Positions 12,376 through 26,809 of a DNA stretch of 64,000 nucleotides are shown piece after piece. A program made the position numbers and the translations under genes. Origin of the DNA: Blasia pusilla (lineage: Eukaryota); assembly GCA_050084515.1 (NCBI GenBank), contig CM114271.1, positions 13,950,001 through 14,014,000 on the forward strand, written 5' to 3'. Each line of letters opens with the position of its first letter. Positions within the stretch are counted from its first letter, which is position 1. The notes under the pieces were generated by a model, which searched no databases, was not told where the DNA came from, and saw only the letters and a program-made list of their open reading frames with translations.

Positions 12376-13189
12376 AATAGATAGATAGATGGGTTTTCAT
12401 CAATCCCCTTTTTGTCCAATGGTTTTTCCATCTCCATGTTTTATGCTGGTTTCCTTTCTTAATCTCGTGTTCCATTTACTAGATGTTCTTATGTCGATCC
12501 ATATTTTTATTTATGACCCATTTATTCAATTAGGATTCCCATTCCTATCCTTATATACGTACCAGTGTTAGCCCATACTTTTAAATCGCCACTCATAATC
12601 ATGTTTTTTAATTTTTTAATTTTATCTTAAATTAAGTTCGAGTGATCTTATTGATTCAAAAGGAAAGAAATTTTCGTGGATAAAAGTGTCAAGTGTCAAC
12701 AGAGGAGAAGTTTGAAAAATGAAGAAGCACTCTCCAAAAATAACATTGATAATATTGATGGGGGAGAGGTTTGATTCATCTCATATGGATTGCAATCATT
12801 GTCTTCATTTGAGAAATACGTGATTTTTACCTATTGCACTCTTTTTTTAAATAGTGGGTCTTCAAGATTTGCACTATGCCCAAGTTAATGGGTATTTGAG
12901 GCAGGCTCTAGCTGCGGGAGACATTGTTGTTAAAGGCCCTCTTCGTGGTAATTATCTTTCTCTAGCTATAGCTACTATCATTTTTGTTGTCAGTAAATTT
13001 AGCTTGGGGGGAGCATAATGATAAGTTCTTCATATGACCTCCAAATAGATCCGCACAAAGGGAAAACCTATTTTAATAGGTTACGCTATTTCCTAGCAAG
13101 GTCATCCATAAACTATTGGACTCAACTTCGAGTCTCTATTGAAGCATCGCGTAGAAATTCATCATTCCACTATAAAAGACGTGATAATT

Positions 13190-13620
13190 ATTGTGCGTAT
13201 ACACATCGCTACACAACGTACATCGCCGTCACTCACTAACCACACAAACACTAGACTAACTCAATCATCCATTGAATACAACCACGGATGAAAGTCATTA
13301 CCAAAATATATCGAATCATCCCCTAGTTGATGGTTAGATGCCTCTAACTCCAAATAGCCATCTATCTCTACATATTTATGACATACATCTTCAAGATGAT
13401 AAGAGAAAGAAGGTCGGACGTCCTTACATGGGGCTCTATTGTTAGTCACCCTCTTGTCATCCATGCCACTAAAGCAAGTCTAAATGTATGACTACATATC
13501 TTATGTGCATATGGGGCATATCCATCGTCCCAAAAGAACTCGGACCAGAGATGACAACAAATATACCATATGCCATCCTCTCAAACAACCATCATACTCT
13601 AGCATTATAGTTGTACCACT
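13190..13620 (-). mobile_element. Decayed gypsy 3' end (PHD tail, 3' UTR, PPT, LTR start)
   Basis: Reverse-complement similarity to ~2150-2565 (ggatggcatatgg, ggatgacaaga, tagatggctat.tggagttagagg). Confidence 0.75.
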
Positions 13621-13709
13621 ACATTAATCCCTGAAAAAGGGTTAAGTCTCTAAAATTATCTCAGATTTGGCTCATATTTTAGTAAGCCCCCATAAAACTT
13701 GTGTCGATA

Positions 13710-13711
<2 letters not shown>

Positions 13712-13772
<61 letters not shown>
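13712..13772. repeat. (AT)n microsatellite, ~30 units
   Basis: Read directly from the sequence. Confidence 0.98.
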
Positions 13773-13773
<1 letters not shown>

Positions 13774-14439
13774 TCTCTTGCTTCCAATTAAAATTTTTAC
13801 CTTCAGTATCCATTACAAATAACAGTTTCTTTTTTACTTTTCTTTACTCTTCCTAAAGTATTATCCCCAAATTCAAAATTGCTTACTCATACAGTGGCTA
13901 TGGCAACGTAACGCGAATGGACATATCTTTGCACTCAAGAATCAAAATTATGCACCAATTTTTTCATAGCGTTCATGACTTCCCAATCTAAAAATTCATG
14001 AAATCAGATCTGGTTAGATGAAATCTTTCATTTGACCTTCCATCTGAAATAGACAACAATTGTTGTATACTCTGCGGCCTCAACTCCTCTGAAAATTTTA
14101 GAAGCGCTTCTACGTAGATTTCATCCATAGAAAACTATAAACATGTGCAAAAAAAATCTAGCAAGCTAAGTTGCTAAAGGATACTTCTGATAGCTCCTGA
14201 ATGGCGAACACCGCCCCCATACTTAAAATCCTATCCAAAAACAAGTAGCACTTTTCCGCGCTTCTCTCTCGTTGCAAAAATTGACTAAAAAATGACATAC
14301 ATTAGCGGATCTTGCTCCCGTGAGCACTTCTGTGAGCCGTTAAATAAGGAACATGGTCCCTCACTTACAAAACTAGTGAGAAACCAACAAGCTCCCACAT
14401 TGTGAAACTCTCCATCTTTCGCATTATGTTTTTGTCAAT

Positions 14440-14600
14440 CAAGATCTCGCAAAAACTCTCACACAAAATCCATCTCTCCTAATGAGAGGCTTGGGTTTCT
14501 CTCAAGATAAGGGGGACCATAGCTCCGCTACCTCATGCGAAGAGATTATACACAGAGAGAATGGGCTCCAAAGATCCCTCTTTAGATCTGTAGGTATACC
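14440..14600 (-). repeat. Fragment of the gypsy LTR B segment
   Basis: ctctcctaatgagagg and accatagctccgc..cctcatgc are reverse complements of ~2870-3000. Confidence 0.65.
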
Positions 14601-17600
14601 TCCTAATGGCCCTAGGTATGTTGTGTAATACATTTATATGAGGTGGCTTTTTCTTGTAAGAATGGTACTATCAGCATAATGTCTTGATGATTTTGTATCC
14701 TAGTAAGATTCCTCTTCCACTCCCTATGTACGTCTATTCCACATCTAGACTCCTTTTGCGTTTGTATCATTTGTAATATTTGACTTTTGGAGTCATGTTA
14801 TTCTTTGAATTCTCATAAAATTTCTTGGAATCTCTTTAGGTAGCCATCCAAATTCCTTTGTGTTGATGTTGAAATTTTTTACTTTTCATACTTTTACTAC
14901 AGACAAGCATATCTTTTGAAGTTGTAGTCTAATCTTTCAAATATTGATAATCTTTTCTTAAATTTTTAAATCTTTGTTATGTTTTCACTTACTTTCCATG
15001 CTTGAGTTTCTTTTGTCATTCACAAATTAACTCATGCTATGGGTGTTGGATTTTAAGATGGAGCGAAAGCTTTCATGTGCTTGGCTTGCAATTTTAGTGT
15101 AATTGGAATTGTGCCATAATAGTGTTGGAAATCCCTTTGCTAATGTTTTCATTTTTTTTGGAGCTACTATATTATATGTTGTAAGAATGGTAAACCAGGG
15201 AGTTTACAATCATATAATTATTGGAGATTTCCAACCATGGAATTTTCCTAAACGATTTAACATTGTTTCTTTCAAGATTGTAAGAAGTTTGTAATCTTGA
15301 GATAATTGATTGGCTAGCGTTTCCACAAGTTGATAGCTTTTGTTATTTCTTAATGTTTGTAGATGTGGAAGTCTCATGGCCTAAGAGCATGTCCACTATA
15401 GATCTAACAAAAGAGCACGTTTTGGAAACATTAAAACATTGATAATAGAGTCAATCTTTACACGCAATTATTCGAATTCCACAAATTGATATTCCACACG
15501 GATTCTCTTCATGTTTGTTTGGAACAAGAAATTGCATGGACGATTACCTTGATGAATAGATGGCAGGTAACTCCAAAACGGGCTGTTCAAAATTTAGTCC
15601 AGATTTCAAAGGTGGCATCTAATCGCACAAGGCAATTATTTACCTCCCTTCAGATGTGAGGAAGGTGCTACCGGAAAGATGAAGCAAAAGTTTGAATCAT
15701 GTAGCGCAATATGAATTTGTAACAATTTGCGTCCACAGTGATGCGCTGAGATGATCGAGTGGATGCGGGAAGGAACTCGATCGGGGATGCAAACGAAGCA
15801 AGCAATCGGAGGAAAGATGCGCCCCTTCCGAACTCCCTGCCACTGGCCCGAGGCACAATGCACATCGTTCTACGTCTTTCGGGACTCCGAAAAGAGACTG
15901 TCGAGTTGTTCGTCGGATGGAGCGCGATGGGTTGACCACTTCCTCGCGTCCGTAATTATGATTGCTCGAGCAATGGTGGCTTCACTCCCACATCGTGTGA
16001 ATGGGCGCCTCAGTTCAAGATCTTGTTTATGGCAGAGCGGCGGTGAACGTTAGGAGGATGCGGATGGCATCTTCGTGGCAATCGGTATAATCGCATCGCG
16101 GAGGGATAGATTCCCGAGCCGAATGTGTTCGGTGAGTTCTTTATTTCTTTCAGTACGTGGGGGTGTTGGGAAGTGGTATTGGATCGTCCAGCGGTCACAA
16201 GTTTTAAATGGGGATTTTTTCATTGGCTTTGACGTTCAGTTACCCGCATGTCCGAGGGGCCGGTAGAATTTCCTACGCCTGACCGATATCTTCATTAGGA
16301 TAAGGTGTTGTGGAGGATGCAGAGGTATCTTTTACGATGACAGATACCACGGGTGTTTTCATTCGACGGTGTCAAACAACGTTGGTTTGGGGCTGTGGGG
16401 GATATACCATGTCTAGCAGCCCTGAGCAGGGTTGCTCGCCTCTTTCGCAAGGTTGCCCCTGCAGATACAACGCGTTAGCACATCCACGCAGTTCTTTTAA
16501 GTGCAGTGCAGCTGAGAAATAATAATCTGCTTATACAACTCATCTCTTCCAAGTATGATATAGCCGAAGGCCGGGCCCTGCCAACCGTGGAAGATGTCCG
16601 TCAAGCCCTAGATCACCTCAGATACTTAAGCCGCTCCTTGTCAATCAAGATTTCTGTGACAATCCCCACTATTCCACACACCACTACACCTAGGTTCAAA
16701 ACCGACGTGGCAGACAACCGCGCAAACTATCTGACTAATAATGATTCTAAGATCAGACCACGGAATCTTGGGGGCCTGACTTCGTAACCATCCCTCCTTC
16801 CAGGGAATGTCACGGGATCCTGTTCACTTGTGGCAGAACTATTCCATTAGAAGTTGATTTTACTCGGAAAACTTGGGAAGTGCATTGGTTCCCAAATCTA
16901 CACAGCGGGAACTGTATCTCCCATGGTCTCACTATAAGGCTTGTCTTAAAATTGAACCTTCAGGCGAAGGACTGGAGGTTATGGCTTGCGCAAATTACAG
17001 AATTCTGTAGATTCTCTGCAGAGGCTTTGGTATTTTCCTGCGCATTGTCCTGGTTTCGAGGCACTCTCAGGGCAACAGAACTCGGAGCTTGAGTTGCTGC
17101 CACGGTCACACTGTCCATTCGATTTACCGTAACCAGTTGTAGCTTTATTCCCTCCACTAAAGTCTTAGTCGCAGTTTGAGGATACTTCTAAAATCCTGTC
17201 CAACTTTGAGGGCTGTGCGACCAGTGTGCCAAGAATCTTATGTGCATTTTCTCTCGACTATTGAGTCTCGGTACCGCGGGGTTAGAAGGACAGGCCACGA
17301 GTACACTCTTCTTTCAGGAGTAGGAAGACTGATGGTTCAAGGTTAGAGGCTCCTTGCTCGAGTCTGACCTGCAGTATCGTCCGTTGCCATTTGATGATTC
17401 TCTGACCAGCCACTAGAATGTGACCTTCATTACCACAACTTTCCTTTGATGTGAAACTATGGCCACTACTCCGCATTGCTGTGGTGTGGAAAGAAGTCAT
17501 CGAGTGCGTGCTCAAGGATATGCACCATGTCACCATCACTTTACCTTAAGGAGCATTTGCTGATGTTGCAACCAGAGAAGAGCACGGATGATGGAAGAGG

Positions 17601-17668
17601 AGATTGGGGCAGGTACAGGGAAATCGTTCAGGATTCACTTGATGCAATGCCAGTTGGAACAATGGCAG

Positions 17669-20600
17669 TCACTGAGGAGGCACAAAGAATTCTAGCTCAT
17701 TTGCTCGTCGATAAAGAATTGTAGACGCTTCAAGCCTGCAATCCAAATCCCGCCAGCAGCACAGTAATCAACAACCCACGTCCATCATCAAAGAGAGCCT
17801 TCGAAAAGCACAAATTCAAGGATACTCAATCTGGCCCCTAGTGGACAAAAGTTTCCAAGAGCTCCACTGTAAGAAATCCAACATACCATGCTGGTCGGAC
17901 TACGAAGCGCCCAGTGGAGAGTGCCCAATTAACCTGCACAGATTAATAAGTATTAGATCATTCATACATCACTAATAGACAATCTCCAGGCGTCTTGTTC
18001 TCCATTAGAGGGATTGTGACCCCCATGGTGCTTCAGAGTCACCAGAACACGCGTAGTGCCCCTTACTCTAAAACTTGTCCTGTCAGAGGGAGCAAATCAC
18101 CAAGTGTTTACCTTGTCTGTTCCTGGAGATATCGCCACAACATGGGTGACCTCGTCATCAATTTTCGTGGTGCAAATGGCCCCAAATTGCTCTGCAGTTC
18201 GCCAAAGAGGATGAAGATGGGGTTGAGCTTCACCAACAGGAAAAATGCGGCTGAAAACAACTTTGCACCCAGCTAAGACCTGGCGTTGCTCTGCTGCAAG
18301 TATGTCCCGCACATCTACTTCCCTTAACCGTTGGTTCTCGAAAAACCTCTTATGAATTCTGTCAACTACCTGTATCAGACAACCAAGAAAAAGAGAACCT
18401 TCAGACTTCCACTGAACAATAAAATGTATTCATTTGAATGATGATGGCAGCAAATTGACCCCTATATCGTATCAAAATATACGCAAATCGAAGGTAAGAA
18501 TGCAAACCGTTAAGACCGATGCAATCATGCCATCAGCTTCTCTCTCATCATGTCCTACTTCTAAAAGTGAGGGACCCCCCAGTCCAAACTGACGCCTGCT
18601 GCAAGGAAAATACATATATCTGCCAGATAAAAACAACAAGAACACCTGTCATGAGATACTTTCTTCTTTTGTTCAAATGATGGACAAAACTGAAAAACGT
18701 TCATTAGCATTATCAGCAGTGAGAAACTTGTGTTCCAGCTTACCTTTCAACAACTATGAGATTAGGGCTGTGATGAGGCCAAACTCGAGCTGAATCATCA
18801 ATGATGAGAACAGCAGATTCCATCCCAAGCACCCCATCCAGATCTTTGCTCTTTGGCAACACATCATCACCATCACCATCATCACCTTTTGAAATCACCC
18901 TCCCCGCAAATAATGTCCCAGTGGGATCCAAAAGCTTTGCCATCTCAGTTGCATACACTTTGTTACCCATGGTGTATACATGAAGCTCAAACAGCTGACT
19001 TGCCTGCAATTGTAGATGAGGTCCAGAAAACACAAGGATCAGATTCCAGCATGGTAAAGAGATTTTCACCCAAACGGTTCGACATCCAAGTGACACATAC
19101 CCGTGCAAGGAACTTCCATATGCCAGGACGCAACTTGGTCCACATGCTCATGTGAGGAAACCTATACAGCTCCCTTTTCTCCAGGCTCTCTCTATTAACC
19201 CTGCTCCGCTCTGCAGCTTCCGCACTGCGAAGTCGATGCTCCCATTCTGGTTCGATTTCTGAAAACTGAAGCACATCAAAGTTGATCAAGGCAACAAATC
19301 AGGAAGTCACACCTCCTACAGTCTGTGGTTCCAGCCTCACGATCATCAGGTTGAGGGACTGGAGACAAGGAATTGGAAGGTCCACAAGTGCATTTGGAGT
19401 AAGATCTTGTACCTTTGCAGAGTTAAGTAGTGTGTGATCAAGATCTAGGACTAGACACAATTTCCCCGCAGTAAACATTCGATCTTGCTCTTCCATTCTC
19501 CTCTCCCTCTCTAACTGCACTGAACGACGCTCCTCTTCAGGAAGCTCTTCCAGCAGCTTTTCCAGACTAGGGTGCACTTGACTTGCACCCCATTGTCCAG
19601 GGCGCCATTTAGGCTTCCTTGATCCTGTTCCCAGACTTGAAGACTTATCCACCTGAGGCTGGGAACTTTTCAACTCAATCGAGACTCCAGACGCATCTGT
19701 ACGAGTAAGGATGTCATCAACATTAACTTCCCCAGGAATCTTCCCAGCATTAAGCTCGGTAGCACCTGTGATTGAAACAAATTGAGCTGTTCCAGACTGA
19801 ATAGGTTGTTTGCCTTCATTTGAGGATGGCAATAATGAGGGGTTCCCACCAACCATTCCTGCTAAACTAGCTAGCTTTTCCATAAAATGGGGTGCAATAT
19901 TTGGCAAGGCTGTAGCCTGCAGGGACGTCTGCATCACTTCTCTTTCTTTCCTGGCAGTTGGCCCCTGATCATCAATTGTGCTTCTACCAGCTGAAGACAA
20001 CTCAACAAAACCACCTTCAACACCATTACTCAAATCTACCAGAGCCACACCACCATCTCCTCGCAGTATATCATAAGCAGAGTTATCAGCTCTTTCGACA
20101 CTACTTTCCAGAAGGGCTCGACGAGGATCTCTGGGCTTCATTTTCCGCTGACCAAGTTCACCAGTCTACAAAACCACACACTTAGATTAGCTCCAAATAA
20201 GCAAGTTAATCAATCAAGGAGACCAACAATATGTCTCAAGCATCTACCTTCACCTACTGAAAATAACCCTTCTAAGGGGCACACTGCCTTATGGCCAACT
20301 CTCTTGTTTTGTAAGGTTATTTCACAGTAACCCTGATCCAGAGAAGGCCCAACACAAGCAAGACTTACTTGCTGACCAAGATCCACCTTCTGCCACATAG
20401 TCTGCTCGAGACTATTTAGTAAATCCTGGTGAAGAATAATTGCCTTGCCCCCGCCATTCATCTTTTCATCAATCAGTGGTCCCTTCATGTCTGGTGGCAC
20501 CACGGATAGAACCTTTTCATCCACCTCCATCGCTATTGGTTCCTCATCTGATGTTGAGAACATTGGAGAAATATTATCATCTAGCCAACCTCCTAGACCT

Positions 20601-23600
20601 GTTGATGCATTTACATTTTCTTGTTCAAAATTCTGAAGCTCAGTTGTTCTCTCAGCTTGGAACTTCTGTCGCTTAGTATTTCCAGGATCTTGGTTCTTAT
20701 TCCCGTCATGCACAACACGCTTTCTGTTCACCTCATTTCCTATCAAACGAGCATCTTGGAGCGCTTGCTTCTCAATTGAACTCATAGGATTGATTGGATC
20801 CTTATCAAAATCTACTGATGAATTCTGGAGTCGCCTTCTAGGGTCACGACTCTTGAAATTTCCCTTCCCTGTAAGTGAATATGCTACATTTTTCATAGAT
20901 TCAGGTTCTTCGGACTCCCGAGTAGGCGAGGGCAGCATAGTAAAGTCTGCAGATTTAGCCCTTGGAAATTTTGGTTCATTGAGAGGAGTTGGGGAATCAA
21001 GGCTTTGATTGCAAGTCACATTCTGATTTGAAGTGGCCAAAACGTTGGGAGATACCAATTTTCCAACCCAATGTGACTGCTGGAAACTGGATTGAGTAAT
21101 GTCTGAGACTGATGTGACTATCTTCATTTCCTTGGAAGGTGGTAGTGGGCCAACTGAAACGTCCTCATTTTCATCTGATGGAGTTGGACTAGGCAGTCGG
21201 TCAACGGAGTACAAGGAAGTGACCCCAACGTTCTTCTGATACGGTAATAAGGTTCCGATGTCATGCCTGGGCGGCCATGGTTTCCCTATGATAGACTCAT
21301 CCTTAACCACTTGTCCCTGCACTAAAGCTCCAGACACAGGAACAGAGCATGATATTCCAGCACCTGCCGGACTTAACTTCTCCCATTCCTCCTCCTGCAC
21401 ACTGTAGTTCTTAACAGGCTTCTTGTATCCTGGTGGAACATTTGGATTGTCCTGCTGTGAGGAACTTGCTGGAAGGCCGACATGTGCCCTCAACTCAACA
21501 GAGTTACCAGTAAACCCATCTTGAACAATTTTCACTGGCAACCGGTGGTCAGCTTCACTCCAGGGCTGATATCTTGCCATTGAGGAATTGAGCGTGGCTT
21601 CTGGATGGAGAGCAACCGCTGCTTGATCAGAATAGTGAACCTGAGATGATCTCTCTGAAAGCCAACCCCAACCATTAACTGGACCTGAAGATCCACCAGA
21701 TCGGCTGCTATGTGTACTACCAAAGAGAGAATTTGTACGGGAAGCAGCAGAGCTTTGGGCATAGGCAAGAGCCGCTGCAGCAATGGCAGCAGCTTCCTCT
21801 GCTTGTTTTGCATCGGCAAAGCCAAGAATTCGCCCACCAATGTTGCCATCAGAACTCTTCTTCTCCAAGGTATTCTGCTGTTTCGTTGTTGGAAAGTTAT
21901 GTTCCACAGTCTCTCGTTGCTTCACATCTTTTTCCTTACTCTTCTTGGATGCAAGAAACTGGTGCTCCCGTGGATACTGGACCTTCTCAGCTGCATCTCT
22001 AGCATAGCGTCCAGTAGTAGGCATTGTTTGCATCATTACCTCCAGCTGCACAGACAACAGTCCAACGAAAAGTTAATACCACATGAACAATTGGACAGCC
22101 CAAAATCCGGAAACATGTAGAGCACTGCGTATCGGCTTCTGTAAACTGAACTTATTGTTAGAAGGAACCTAGATCTCTTCTATGTTTCCCTCAAAGTTAA
22201 TAAAACCATCAAATCTTAGCCCACATTGCTTTGCCAGAAATCTAGCCGGCGCTTTTCATTTCTCACCTCACGAGTTTGCTTGGTCGTGAAAAGTTTCTGA
22301 CAATAACCATTAGCAAGCTCCAGCAACCTGCAGAAGACTACGTCAGCGCTGCCGCAATACACACTCGAATAAGTCGTTTGACCAAAAATGAAATGAGGAC
22401 AGAGAAAGTATATTTTAGCAGACCTAGGGAAAATGTTCTTGTCACGCTCTTGCTCTATTCCACTTGCTGTGTTGCGAACCTGCCACGGACCAGACATATC
22501 CATTAATACTAGCCACAGATGTCTCGGTCCTTCCTCTACCCGGTACAAGTATGCAAGTTACGATGCAGCTGTTTCGGGATCAAGTTCTTAATCCCTTACA
22601 GCATAGACAGCTCGAATGCCTGCGAATGCCTGCCTAGCAAGGAGGGAGATTTCGCGAGGAGATCCTTCCAGGCGTCCTTCCTGTTCAACAGATTTCCTTG
22701 GAGTGTGAAACTCATGCAAGAGTCTCAATGCTTTGTAAAGCCGGTCGCATACATCAATAAAGGACCTGCAAAGCATGGGGTGAAGTCAGCAATTCCAGTG
22801 ATCACCATTGGGCCCTGATAGCACATGTAAATAGCTTAGTGGCAGAAGCAAGGACACAGCGAAAATTCATCGAGTTAAAAAATGAACCATCGAAACGGAT
22901 TCTAATGCCTTCATCTCCTTCTACTTACTTTTGGGCATCCTTCACTGTCACATTCTTCACCAGACTAGTTGCCGAAGCTAGACGCCTCTTTCTTTCATAA
23001 TCCAGAGATTTAGATTGCCGGCTTCTACGTGAAGAGTAATCGTCTGACGGAGACCTGGAATTGGAGTAGGCTTTCAACACGGATCTGCTGTACAGGTTTC
23101 CTGCATCCTTGTCTTTTCCAGAGTAGTAACCTGAAGTCTCTGCATTGGACTTCGTACTCTGACGACTCAGATCTGGTGATTCCTTGGATGGGGAAGAGGC
23201 TCCGGCGGGCACTGAACCCAGTTCAATTTCCCCCTCTTCAAGTTCTCCTTCTTCACGATCCTCTGCGTCATTTTCTTCACTTGCCAAGTGAACTGCCGCA
23301 TCTGATGAGGTTTTGCCACTCTCGGTGAGTTCGTCAAGTCTCCCATTCGGGCTTTGAGACTCGGATCGTCTCCTCCGATCCTCAGCCTCATACTCTCCCA
23401 CATCTTCGCCCTCATTCGCTTCTCTTTCGACTCTCCCACCGAGTCTATCTTTCAACGAGCGCCTCTCTGAGACGCCCCAAGTTTCCTTTTCAAAACAGCG
23501 CAACCGCCCTCGCCCTGAGTCCGTGCCGCGGTTGTTGTCTATCGGTGACAGATCATCACGATCTTCAGAGGACCTCCCAGGCCTTCTGTAAAGCTCCATC

Positions 23601-24184
23601 TCGCGACTATAATCCCTGGCCACATTCTCTGCCGCCCAGCCTCCCGACCCTGGCGGTGCTCCGGGGTTTCTCTCACCTCTAGAACTTGTTGGGGTCGGGG
23701 AGTCGACGGGAGGAAAGCTCGGGCGACCCGAAACGGCCTGTGCCCAGGCAAAGTTGTACAGATTGGAACCATAGGCACCATTTGGAGGATTGAAAGAGGA
23801 CTTATCCTTCCTCCACGAAGGCTTGTCTTCCCCCCAGCCCTTCCTATCGTGACCATCGTCATCGAGTTTACCCTGTTCTCTTGAATCTCTTCCCTCATGT
23901 CTGAAAAAATCCGTCCGCTTTCTACTTTCCGATCTAGTAAGCTCACCTAATGCCATCAAATCATCAAGACTCACTCTTCTGTGCAACAGAGGCACATCCT
24001 TGTTCTCTTGTTCTTCCTGCTCCTGCTTCTCCTGCCCTGCTTCCTCGTCATCCTCCCCCTCCCCATCATCAACCCTAGACTCGGGCTCTTCAGACACGGA
24101 GGCAGGGGGCTCTTCGTCTGAAATTTCCCCTTCCTCATGCTCTTCCAAACACTGATCGTTGGGGCTAGAGACTGTTTCTGCCAT
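17669..24184 (-). CDS. CPL3: RNA polymerase II C-terminal domain phosphatase-like 3 (FCP1-type HAD phosphatase plus BRCT), 12 coding exons
   Basis: KLCLVLDLDHTLLNSAK (DxDxT), MWTKLRPGIW, LHVYTMGNK.YATEMAK.LDP, IIDDS..VWPH, BRCT region GCKVVFSR...THVVA..PGTDKVNWA, N-terminal EEGE motifs, YNFAWAQAV and RDPRR motifs. Approximate exons: 24184-22929, 22765-22600, 22479-22424, 22327-22267, 22045-20369, 20165-19413, 19265-19101, 19003-18744, 18619-18508, 18369-18112, 17933-17887, 17735-17669. Confidence 0.93.
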
Positions 24185-25482
24185 TACAATCAACTGTTGA
24201 CAATCCCTAAAAGATGGCCACGCGCAGAAGCGGATTCTTGCAACCCGAATGCCCGGCGTCAAAGAGAGACTAACCCCTGCTGAGATCGGGTCGATAGAAA
24301 CCTACACACTCCAAGGAGAGTGAGTATCTCCACATTTCCCATTGCACCTCTTTGGACGTAAGGCCACATAATTGAAGACCACACTTGTTCTCCCTCTACG
24401 CGACCCCCATCCACGCCATGTGATCCAAGTCAAATCGATCCTTACCCGATGTTTTACAAGCTGCCTGCGCGATGTGTCTTGTTTATATTCGTTATTACAG
24501 CCTTATGTTCATCTAGCCAGCTAACTCTTGTCTCCACATCCCTGTGTACAAGTTATCTTCGGCCGCTTCTTTATGAACGCACATTCGACCCATCCGCCTG
24601 CACGGAGTCTCGGTGCACGACCCTAAGGAGACAAAACCGAGGACACGGCACGTCTACTCGTAAGGAATCCTATCCGAGAGTGCGCGGATCAAAGGAGCGC
24701 CTCTACATCCTCCGCTCTTGCTCCGGAGCGGCTTCCTCAGGAGGGCGGCAGTGATAAAAATCCCACACGAGGGACCCATTCCAGTTCCACAGGCATCGAA
24801 TCGCGTCGGCACGCGGTTTCTAGTCGAGGGGATGGCGTGGGCTTGGCTAGGCTTTCGCTGATGCAATCACAAACCGTGGAAGGCAAGCGGAGCGATCGTT
24901 GTATCGCGCCCAAGGGTGCGTTCTGCCACACGGACAGAGGAGAGAGACTACTGGTAAGGCTCACTCGCAGAGAAGAAGAATGAGAAAACCAGAGCGCGAG
25001 AGGGAAGAAGGAACGGAGAGAGCAAAAGCAGTCGCCGGTCGAAGGGGAAGCGTGCGCGTGTGGCTCTTCCGGGGCGGACTGACGGAGAGAATGAAGGCGA
25101 GCATGTGCGACTGGACATGCAATTGGCTGCTTCTCTGTCATGCGCCTCCGACTCGTAAGCACCGGCATAGAGGTGGTGGTGGTGGTGGTGGCCCCTCACT
25201 CCCCGAACGTCACTCCCGCCTCCGGTTAAAAAATGAGTTCCCGGCATTTAATAGAGGGACTAATGTGGATTCAAGGGTTATTTAGGGTAATGCAGCCGGT
25301 TCTCAACTAACGCAGTAAGGCCCGAATCCTGGTTTGGTTTACCTCAACCCTCGCTCCTGGGTGGGAACCCAAGGCGTCTCGGATACCATAGACTCACTAA
25401 ACCCTCTACTAGCATCCCACTAGGCTCCGAGCGGGTGTGCTCCGTCCACACGCCCGCCAAGTAAATGCCGGGGACGCCCTCC

Positions 25483-25735
25483 GAAAGCCATAGATAGCCG
25501 CGGCCATGCGTTTAAGGCCGCGTAGACTAGGCCTTAGGTGCAGGCGGTTCGGCACGGGACTAGGGTCGGAAATACCGGCAGCGGACAGCGGATATCGACC
25601 TTCAAGGACGGATGGACGGTTGGACGGACGTATGGACGGACGGACGGACGGACGGACGGACGGAGCTTCGGATGGACGGACGGACGGACCCGAGACGGAA
25701 GGACGGATGGACGGACGTATGGACGGACGGACGGA
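25483..25735 (+). repeat. Left TIR plus subterminal (GGAC/GGAT)n array
   Basis: GAAAGCCATAGATAGCCGCGGCC...GCGGACAGCGG, followed by a ggac-rich tract at ~25606-25735. Confidence 0.93.
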
Positions 25736-25868
25736 ATAAATTCCGTCCCTGTAGTTTTCCGTTCCGTATCACACTCCGTCCGTTCGTAATTCCGTTCCGT
25801 ATCGCAGTCCGTCCCCTCATCCATACTCTCCCGCCATCCCGTTTTGAAAAAACAAATTCAGCGTCGTC

Positions 25869-26005
25869 GGTTTACCATGCGGATTAGCAAATGCTTCAGA
25901 ACCGCTCTTCGTGTTAGGGTGGATTCACCATGCGGATTAGCAAATGCATCAGTACCGCTGTTCGTGTTAGGGTGGGTTTACCATGTGGATTAGCAAATGC
26001 TTCAG
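25869..26005. repeat. ~53-bp tandem repeat, about 2.6 copies
   Basis: accatg(c/t)ggattagcaaatgc(t/a)tcag occurs three times. Confidence 0.88.
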
Positions 26006-26809
26006 AGGAAGATAGGATTAGCGAGGATCAGATAGGGAGGTTCGGGAAGGTTGGATGAGTGAGTATTGAGAATCAATTTTGGATTAAGAAGAGCCTTCGT
26101 CGATCAGGGATTGGATGTTCCGAAATGTTCGGGCATTGGATCTGAATAGCTGCGTGTTTGGATTAGCTAAACGTAGAAGAAAAAACCATAGTCTGACGAA
26201 TAAAAAGGCTCCAATGTGTTTGGCTCCAAGCTGAACATTCTACTTGACTTGAGTACGTTTTATAGTATTATTAGTGGCGATTAAGTATCATTTTCGGATT
26301 AAGAAGATTTCGGATTCCTAAACGTTCGGGCATTGGATTAGCTTCGTGTTTGGATTAGTTAAACGTAGAAAATAAAACCAGAGTTTCTTCGAGCTTTTGA
26401 CGGATAAAGAAGGCTCCCATCTGTTCGGTGCGCAGAGCGAATGAGCTGAACCTCAACCTGAGTACGGTTTATACTATGATTTGAAAGGTATGTATCTCTA
26501 CCCCTCAAATTTGTTTTTTGTAGTGGCAGCAGAAGCTGGTTTCTCGTTATGCCCTTTGTTTGATCAAAAGAAGTCTTCCCTTAAACCTGAGTTTATGTAT
26601 TTGAAAGCATGATGTACCTCACTGCTAGGATTTCACTGATATATGGATGATACTAAGTATCGCTAAGTAATCCCTATGCATGCTTCGTGTGTTTTTGGTA
26701 ATTAGGAGGAAATCTGCATGTCCGAACACAGACCTCATTGTGTTCTTCTTTTCTTCTTGTGATTGGCAGCTTCTCAAAGCCCTCGCAAATCTGTATCCAC
26801 TCTGTCACC

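Noticed and set aside
14620-15380. Possible decayed LINE fragment
   Set aside because: No diagnostic RT or endonuclease motif could be read.
15400-17600. Possible extra gene downstream of CPL3 (short ORFs, splice-like sites, a CALC motif)
   Set aside because: I could not build a phase-consistent model or recognise a domain. It may be a long 3' UTR or lncRNA.
24185-24262. N-terminal extension of CPL3 given by the ORF track
   Set aside because: It begins at a non-ATG codon. The first in-frame ATG is at 24184.
25506-25887. ORFs over the left end and their mirror at 38526-38992
   Set aside because: Artefacts of the stop-poor TIR and GGAC repeats.
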